Assembly (NCBI GenBank): GCA_042408215.1
Contig: JAYFMW010000008.1
Location: 96,001-160,000 of the forward strand
Direction of reading: 5' to 3'
DNA length: 64,000 nt
Source: Microcoleus sp.
GTDB lineage: Bacteria; Cyanobacteriota; Cyanobacteriia; Cyanobacteriales; Microcoleaceae
The translations under genes and the position numbers were made by a program. How positions within the stretch are numbered: the first letter of the stretch is position 1; every line of letters begins with the position of its first letter. Of the stretch, positions 57,957 through 64,000 are shown in pieces. Under the pieces are notes generated by a model. The model worked only from the letters and a program-made list of their open reading frames with translations. It had not been told where the DNA came from and did no database searches.

Positions 57957-59954
57957 ATGCAATTTCTCGAACTCGTCCTCCAAAACTTCGGCCCCTATGC
58001 AGGCACACAAACCATCAATCTCCGCCCCGAAAAAGACGGCAATTCCTGCCCGATCATCCTATTTGGCGGCATGAATGGTGGCGGCAAAACCACCCTCATG
58101 GATGCCATTCGCCTCGCCCTCTACGGTGGCAGAGCTCAATGTTCCACCAGAGGCAATTTAAGCTACAGCGACTTCCTCAATCAATCAGTCAACCGCCACA
58201 CTCCACCCTTAGACGATACCCGCGTCGAATTAATATTTGAACAAGTCCAAGACGACAAATTAACCAAATTTAAAATAGTTAGATACTGGAAAAAAAACGA
58301 TATCAAAGACACCTTAAGCATTCTCATATACAGCGAAGTTGTCACCGATTGGTGGGCGGACAAAGCCATTAGCAACACCTGGGACGAATACATCGAAACC
58401 CTGCTACCAGTAGGCATATCCAACCTATTTCTATTTGACGGCGAACAAGTAAAAGAACTAGCCGAACTTGAAACCCCGCCAGAATTTGTAGTCGGGGCGA
58501 TTAAATCCCTTTTAGGCTTAGAATTAGCCGAACGCCTCGCCGTTGACTTAGAAATATTAGCCGGTCGCAAACGCAAAGAAATTGCCGGGAAAAAAGACTT
58601 AGCAGCCTTAGAAAAAATTGAAGAAACCTTCAAGGAAGTTACTGCTAAAAAAGACTTACAAATAGAAAAGAAAGGCAGTTGTCAAAACAAGTTAGACAAA
58701 GCTCAAAAAAATCAGCAACAAGCATCAGAAAAATTTATTTATGAAGGCGGGAAAATAGCAGCCGATCGCAGTTTACTAGACAAACAGTTAAACGACTACA
58801 AAACCGCTGCTGACAAATCCCGTGAAGCCATGATTCAACTAGCCTCAAACACACTACCGCTAGCCCTAATTTCCCCCCTACTAACCCAAGCCAAAACCCA
58901 AGCAGAAACAGAAGCCAGCCAGCAGCAAGCAAAAATCGCCCAAAATATTATCAAACAAAAAAGCGATCGCCTCCTCAACTACATCGCCGAAATCTCATTA
59001 AACCCCGAACAATTAGACAAAATACAAGACTTCATCCGCCAAGAAAATCAAGAACTAGAACAGCAAGCAGCCCTAGACACCCCGCCCTGGTTAGGCGCCG
59101 ACAATAACAGCATCCAGCAACTAGAAAACATCCTCAGCTACCAAATCAAAGCCCAGCAAACCACAGCCGCCGAACAAATAGAAAAACTCCAAAACATAGA
59201 AGCCGAAATCGACTTTACTGACAGACAGCTAGCCGCCGCCGCTTCCCCCGAAGCCTACGAGAAACTAGAATCAGAGGTTAAAAATGCCCAAAAAGCAGTC
59301 GCCAACGCAGCCGCAGACTTAGAATCAACCAACCGCCGCATCGAGGAATTAGACAGAGAATTAGCAAAAACCCAAAAAGAACTAGAAACCTACAGCAGCG
59401 AATACATCACTATCAGAAACAGCCAACACATCATCACCTCCATCGCCAAAGCCCAAGGCACCCTGAAACAGTTCAAAGAAAAACTCACCCTCAAAAAACT
59501 CAACAAACTCGAAATAGAAATCACCGATTGTTTCCGCTACCTTTTGCACAAAACCGACTTAGTGCACAGAGTAGCCATAGATACCCAAACCTTCAGCCTT
59601 TCCATCTACGATTCCGAAGGGAAACAAGTACCCAAACACCGACTTTCCGCAGGGGAAAAACAACTGCTGGCGATCGCATTTTTGTGGGGATTAGCCCGAG
59701 TATCCGGGAGACAACTACCAGTCGCGATCGACACTCCCCTGGGGCGCCTCGACTCATCCCACAGAAACAACCTAGTCGAACGCTATTTCCCCTCAGCCAG
59801 CCACCAAGTCATCCTGCTGTCAACAGATACCGAAATTGCCAAGACAGAATATGATAAGCTGCAAGAATTAGAGGCGATCGCCCACAGCTACATCCTCAAA
59901 TACGACTCCGCCAAACGCCAAACCACCGTCGAAACCGGTTATTTTTGGGAATAA
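57957..59954 (+). CDS. dndD: DNA sulfur modification ATPase DndD
   Basis: MQFLELVLQNFGPY start; GMNGGGKT, FLFDGE, LSAGEKQ, DTPLGRLD and LSTDTE motifs. Confidence 0.95.
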   Translation: MQFLELVLQNFGPYAGTQTINLRPEKDGNSCPIILFGGMNGGGKTTLMDAIRLALYGGRAQCSTRGNLSYSDFLNQSVNRHTPPLDDTRVELIFEQVQDDKLTKFKIVRYWKKNDIKDTLSILIYSEVVTDWWADKAISNTWDEYIETLLPVGISNLFLFDGEQVKELAELETPPEFVVGAIKSLLGLELAERLAVDLEILAGRKRKEIAGKKDLAALEKIEETFKEVTAKKDLQIEKKGSCQNKLDKAQKNQQQASEKFIYEGGKIAADRSLLDKQLNDYKTAADKSREAMIQLASNTLPLALISPLLTQAKTQAETEASQQQAKIAQNIIKQKSDRLLNYIAEISLNPEQLDKIQDFIRQENQELEQQAALDTPPWLGADNNSIQQLENILSYQIKAQQTTAAEQIEKLQNIEAEIDFTDRQLAAAASPEAYEKLESEVKNAQKAVANAAADLESTNRRIEELDRELAKTQKELETYSSEYITIRNSQHIITSIAKAQGTLKQFKEKLTLKKLNKLEIEITDCFRYLLHKTDLVHRVAIDTQTFSLSIYDSEGKQVPKHRLSAGEKQLLAIAFLWGLARVSGRQLPVAIDTPLGRLDSSHRNNLVERYFPSASHQVILLSTDTEIAKTEYDKLQELEAIAHSYILKYDSAKRQTTVETGYFWE

Positions 59955-59975
59955 AAATTCGCCCTAAAAAATAGG

Positions 59976-60119
59976 CGCAACCCCTTGACTTTTTCCTGGG
60001 GTTGCGGTAGTATATATAGAATAATGGGATGGTTGCGAAAATTTTATTTTTGCCACCATCCCATTATATAGGATAAATCCTCATATAATCACAATACCAG
60101 AAACCCCCGTACATATCAA
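59976..60119. promoter_or_regulatory. Convergent promoter pair flanking a hairpin between dndD and dndE
   Basis: + strand TTGACT-N17-TAGTAT (59985-60013); hairpin 60021-60068; - strand TTGATA-N17-TATTGT (60119-60091). Confidence 0.45.
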
Positions 60120-60239
60120 GCCCCCGCCGTGTAAAAAAATGTGAATTTTCGTCTCTTAACTTAGCCAGGAAACGCCGATCTAGAGGCTTTGCCTTCCAAA
60201 TATTAACAATAATAAAACATCTCAAAGAATTATAAACTC

Positions 60240-60641
60240 ATGGAACCACCAGTCGATCGCATCCGCCTCTCCCAAACAGGTAAAGACCAACTATCAAAAC
60301 TGAAACGATCGACCAAAATTGACCAGTGGAATATCCTCTGCCGCTGGGGTTTTTGTCGCTCGCTCGCCGAACCCAGCATCCCCTCTCCTGTACCGATTCC
60401 TAGCGACAGCAACGTCGAATTAAGTTGGGATGTTTTTGGCGGCGACATGGCCGATATCTTGATAATTGCTCTTAAGCAACGCTGCGATCAAGATAATTTA
60501 GGAACAGAAAAAGATACTCTGGCTAAACAGTTTCGCCTCCACTTGCACCGTGGTATCGGTTATTTAGCTGGCGATCCGAATCTTAAAAAAATAGAAAATT
60601 TAATTGCGATCGCCCTATCGCCGGAAAAATTAAGAAATTAA
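60240..60641 (+). CDS. dndE: DNA sulfur modification protein DndE
   Basis: IRLSQ..KDQL..LKR.T.I..WNILCRW and FRLHLHRGI motifs. Confidence 0.95.
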   Translation: MEPPVDRIRLSQTGKDQLSKLKRSTKIDQWNILCRWGFCRSLAEPSIPSPVPIPSDSNVELSWDVFGGDMADILIIALKQRCDQDNLGTEKDTLAKQFRLHLHRGIGYLAGDPNLKKIENLIAIALSPEKLRN

Positions 60642-60745
60642 ACGAACCGCTTTCATCCGCCCTCATCCGCCCTCATCTGCGGTTAAAATTCCCAAACCAA
60701 ATTAGCTATGATTAAACCAATTGTAAAGAATTATTTCAAACAGCC

Positions 60746-61510
60746 GTGAAACTCACCCGCATCGACCTCAACTCTTGGATCTTCCAAATTGGTGGCCAAA
60801 CTATCCTCGTCGATCCCTGGCTAGTCGATCCCCTCGTATTTTACGGTCAACCCTGGCTGTTCACCGCCTACCACAACACCCCTGTTGCTTTCACTCCAAC
60901 CACATTACCGCCGATCGACCTTTTGCTCATTTCCCAAGGATTAGACGATCACTGCCACAAACCCACACTCGAACGGCTCGATCGCACAATTCCTGCGATC
61001 GCCTCCCCCACCGCCGCCAAAGTCCTCAGCAGTTTAGGCTACTCCAATATCACATCTTTGGCAAATTGGCAAGAGTTTAATTATCAAGAAAAGTTACAAA
61101 TAACCGCCGTACCTGGAGCCGAAATCCAGCCCGGACAGGAAGAAAACGGCTATTTGCTTAAAGACTTAACCAGCGGCGAAACACTTTACTACGAACCGCA
61201 CTTGCCGCCATTAGAAAAAGTGAAACAGAAAATAGATACAGTAGACGTCGCGATCGCCCCCGTCATCGGTCAAATCTTCCCCTTCCTCGGACAAATCATC
61301 ATGGGCCCATCTCAAGCCCTCAGCCTCGCCCAAACCCTAAAACCTCGGTTTTTTGTACCTACAACCACGGGAGACATCCGAGCCACCGGCATTTTACCAA
61401 TGTTTGTGCGATCGATCGGCAGCATCCCCGAATTTCGCGATTTACTCGCCAAATCGGGACTTGACACCCAACTTCTCGAACCCGAACCCGGACAAACCCT
61501 CGATATTTGA
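60746..61510 (+). CDS. MBL-fold metallo-hydrolase
   Basis: ILVDPWL, SQGLDDHCH and YYEPH motifs. Confidence 0.88.
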   Translation: MKLTRIDLNSWIFQIGGQTILVDPWLVDPLVFYGQPWLFTAYHNTPVAFTPTTLPPIDLLLISQGLDDHCHKPTLERLDRTIPAIASPTAAKVLSSLGYSNITSLANWQEFNYQEKLQITAVPGAEIQPGQEENGYLLKDLTSGETLYYEPHLPPLEKVKQKIDTVDVAIAPVIGQIFPFLGQIIMGPSQALSLAQTLKPRFFVPTTTGDIRATGILPMFVRSIGSIPEFRDLLAKSGLDTQLLEPEPGQTLDI

Positions 61511-61672
61511 GATTTGAGATTTGAGATTTGAGATTTTTTAGATTGAAAATTTTCGATTTTCTAGATTGAAAATTTTCGATTTTCTAGATTGGAGATTTTA
61601 GATTTTCTAGATTGGAGATTGGAGATTCAATCCCAAATCCCAAATCCCAAATCTCAAATCCCAAATCCCAAA
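61506..61672. repeat. STRR tracts (TTTGAGA)n and (AAATCCC)n in opposed orientation between convergent genes
   Basis: Directly visible; can fold as a long imperfect hairpin. Confidence 0.85.
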
Positions 61673-62947
61673 TTATCTGGGCGGGCGTCGGTTCCGCAGA
61701 AAATCAGGAATATCCAAGCCCAAATCCTGTTTCGGCTTAACTTCCTGGCTCGGCGACGGAGAAGCTGGCGGCTGCGGCACTGTTGCAGCCCGCCAAGGAG
61801 CGTTAGCATTTTGCGTGCGCGATGCAGCCGGAGGCGACGGAATTTCCCCCGAAAAACCAGTAGCGATTACAGTGATCTTAATTTCGCCCTGAAGCCGCTC
61901 GTCAATCACTGCTCCAAAAATAATATTGGCATTCGGATCGACCACCTCGTAAATCGTCTCAGCCGCCGCATTCACCTCGTGCAGCGTCATGTCAGTACCG
62001 CCAGTAATGTTAAACACCACACCTCTAGCGCCCTCGATCGACGAAGCTTCCAGCAGAGGCGAAGAAATCGCCTGCATCGCCGCTTCCCTAGCCCGCGACT
62101 TCCCAGAACCCACGCCAATCCCCATCAAAGCCGAACCCGCATCCGCCATGATCGCCCGCACGTCAGCAAAGTCAACATTCACCAAACCGGGAATCGTAAT
62201 AATGTCAGAAATACCCTGAACCCCTTGGCGCAGGATATCGTCAGCAACTCGGAAAGCTTCTTGCACTGGCATTTGTTCGGAAATCACCGACAACAGCTTG
62301 TCGTTCGGAATCACGATCAGCGTATCCACCCGACTTTGCAAAGCCGCGATCCCTTCTTCAGCTTGACTGGTGCGCCGCCGCCCTTCAAAAGTAAAAGGCC
62401 GCGTCACGATGCCCACCGTCAAAGCGCCCATTTCCTTCGCCACCTCAGCCACAATCGGAGCCGCACCCGTGCCGGTGCCGCCGCCCATGCCGGCCGTGAT
62501 AAACACCAAATCCGCGTGATTCAAAGCATTCGCAATTTCATCGCGAGATTCCTCAGCAGCCTTTTGACCGATCGCCGGATTGCCTCCTGCGCCCAAACCC
62601 CTTGTCAACTTCTGTCCGACTTGCAAGCGTTTAGGTGCATTTGACAGAACTAGAGCTTGGGAATCTGTATTCACGCACCAAAACTCTACGCCAGAAACCT
62701 CGCTAGCGATCATGCGGTTAACGGCGTTGCCCCCACCCCCGCCGACGCCAATTACTTTGATTTTGGCTGCACTACTGGGCATGATGTCTTTGGGATTCAC
62801 CATAGGATCGATATCTATACTATCTACATTTACATAACCAGACTTGCGTCTAAAGGGATTGGCGGAATCGAGTGCCAGCGGAAATTTTCTTGGTTCTTCC
62901 GAATGGGGACTGTCTTGGCCAGACCCCTGTCTATTATTAAGCGTCAT
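61673..62947 (-). CDS. ftsZ: Cell division protein FtsZ
   Basis: [24 protein letters not shown] and DIPDFL motifs. Confidence 0.98.
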   Translation of the reverse strand: MTLNNRQGSGQDSPHSEEPRKFPLALDSANPFRRKSGYVNVDSIDIDPMVNPKDIMPSSAAKIKVIGVGGGGGNAVNRMIASEVSGVEFWCVNTDSQALVLSNAPKRLQVGQKLTRGLGAGGNPAIGQKAAEESRDEIANALNHADLVFITAGMGGGTGTGAAPIVAEVAKEMGALTVGIVTRPFTFEGRRRTSQAEEGIAALQSRVDTLIVIPNDKLLSVISEQMPVQEAFRVADDILRQGVQGISDIITIPGLVNVDFADVRAIMADAGSALMGIGVGSGKSRAREAAMQAISSPLLEASSIEGARGVVFNITGGTDMTLHEVNAAAETIYEVVDPNANIIFGAVIDERLQGEIKITVIATGFSGEIPSPPAASRTQNANAPWRAATVPQPPASPSPSQEVKPKQDLGLDIPDFLRNRRPPR

Positions 62948-63105
62948 TAGAGTCGGGGATGGTAGATTACAGTTTGTTAACGTATCGCCAATTCACACTC
63001 AACTATAGGCTAAGTTGCGCGAAAAACTCACAGAAGCGAGGCTCAATGTTAGCAATCTTGGATCTTGCCTAGCAACTAGGAGGAAGCGATCGCTCTCTCA
63101 CAGGA

Positions 63106-64000
63106 TCAATTCTCCGCAGGAGTTGGTGCGGGATTTGAATTCTCGGAACTACCGGGGAGTTCCGGCAGGTGGACGATCGGGGAAGCAGGATTTTTCAAGT
63201 CAATGTATGCAATTTTGCTTGAATCTAGCTGTTTTGGCAATTGTCGCATTCGGTCTAAAACCTTAAGTTGCGAGGCTGTCCTTGAACTGTACGGCCCTAG
63301 GTGTACAGTACCGAGCTCTGTTTTCAGGATCAAGTTGTTCGGGTCTTGCCAATCTATCTCAAACACTTTCACCGCCAAACCCCTGAGTCCTTGGTAAAAT
63401 TCTGGCCAAGAGGCGCGATAAAGTTCCAAAGATCCTATGACTTTTAAAGTTGGCAAAGCACGAAAGGGCCCAGAACCCTGACTGCTGTTGGCCCCGATCG
63501 AGGTATTTGACGATCGCACAGCAGCAGTATAGCTCTCTGACGGCATCCAACCTCCCCGATCGTCCAGCCAACCCACTTTTTGCTTGTCACTATTCCGACC
63601 AGGCACTGAAGAGGGCTGCGCCACCGCTACCGGCCGCCGTTCTGTCACTTCTACCGTCAAACTCGGCGGAAATAGGTTGCGAGTCACCTTCGCTTTGGCT
63701 ATAGGGCCGATCGACTCCAGCTTTTTAGCGAGCACTTGCGGTTGAATCCCCCACAGCGACTGCGGGTAAGATAGTGGCACCAAAGACCGCACCGCCTTGT
63801 CTGACAGCCACTGATTGCCCTCCACCTTCACTTGTTCCGATCGGGCTATCAACCAAGCCGGCTGGGCAATCCACCACAGCAAACCCCCAGCCATTGCACT
63901 CACTGCCACCATCTGCCACACAACTGTCGCTAATCTCAAGCGCCTCTGCCGCCGCAACTGTTGGCGTCTGCGCCCTAACTCTGTTTGAGAAACCGCTCCA
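63106..64000 (-). CDS. ftsQ: Cell division protein FtsQ/DivIB (start lies beyond the window)
   Basis: TM plus POTRA (VEGNQWLS...VTERRPVA); upstream of ftsZ; frame stays open to the window edge (GAVSQTELGRRRQQLRR). Confidence 0.9.
   Translation of the reverse strand, partial: GAVSQTELGRRRQQLRRQRRLRLATVVWQMVAVSAMAGGLLWWIAQPAWLIARSEQVKVEGNQWLSDKAVRSLVPLSYPQSLWGIQPQVLAKKLESIGPIAKAKVTRNLFPPSLTVEVTERRPVAVAQPSSVPGRNSDKQKVGWLDDRGGWMPSESYTAAVRSSNTSIGANSSQGSGPFRALPTLKVIGSLELYRASWPEFYQGLRGLAVKVFEIDWQDPNNLILKTELGTVHLGPYSSRTASQLKVLDRMRQLPKQLDSSKIAYIDLKNPASPIVHLPELPGSSENSNPAPTPAEN

Noticed and set aside
59955..60239. 6S RNA (ssrS) in the dndD-dndE gap
   Set aside because: No resemblance to the cyanobacterial 6S sequence or its long central-bubble hairpin could be seen.
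61589..62644. 351-aa ORF antisense to ftsZ (and similar shadow ORFs at 28701-29654, 25055-25810, 6618-7091)
   Set aside because: Antisense shadows of conserved or repetitive genes with no recognisable motifs.

Overview
This 64-kb chromosomal segment comes from a filamentous cyanobacterium, probably Oscillatoriales/Microcoleus-like. That assignment is inferred from dense HIP1 GCGATCGC sites, STRR heptamer tracts, a CAAD-fused GluRS and a Rubisco activase-like gene. Housekeeping genes (gltX, tRNA-Asp, argD, alc, ffs SRP RNA, ftsZ, ftsQ) alternate with accessory DNA. The accessory DNA includes a TnpB-only IS200/IS605 element with readable ends, a frameshifted ggt, MNT-HEPN and RelE/VapC toxin-antitoxin cassettes separated by a HIP1-containing repeat, four Uma2 nucleases, and a divergent wHTH-NB-ARC / GTPase / X-WD40 module. 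It also holds a ~16.5-kb DNA phosphorothioation island: a Pbe-like helicase/ATPase/assoc-4 arm, a DGQHR protein, a doubly frameshifted dndB, dndC, dndD and dndE, with no dndA or dndFGH. The most striking unexplained structure is a GxxExxY (PD-(D/E)XK-type) gene inserted between dndC and dndD. It is followed by an inverted repeat whose right arm is amplified into 18 tandem 52-55-bp units. The same repeat recurs ~38 kb away, once inserted in frame in a gene, suggesting a nuclease-plus-dispersed-repeat (RAYT/REP-like) system. Two 21- and 24-nt elements inserted in frame into HIP1-like sites of the Dnd-arm helicase can also be read directly. All product calls come from motif recognition, without database searches.
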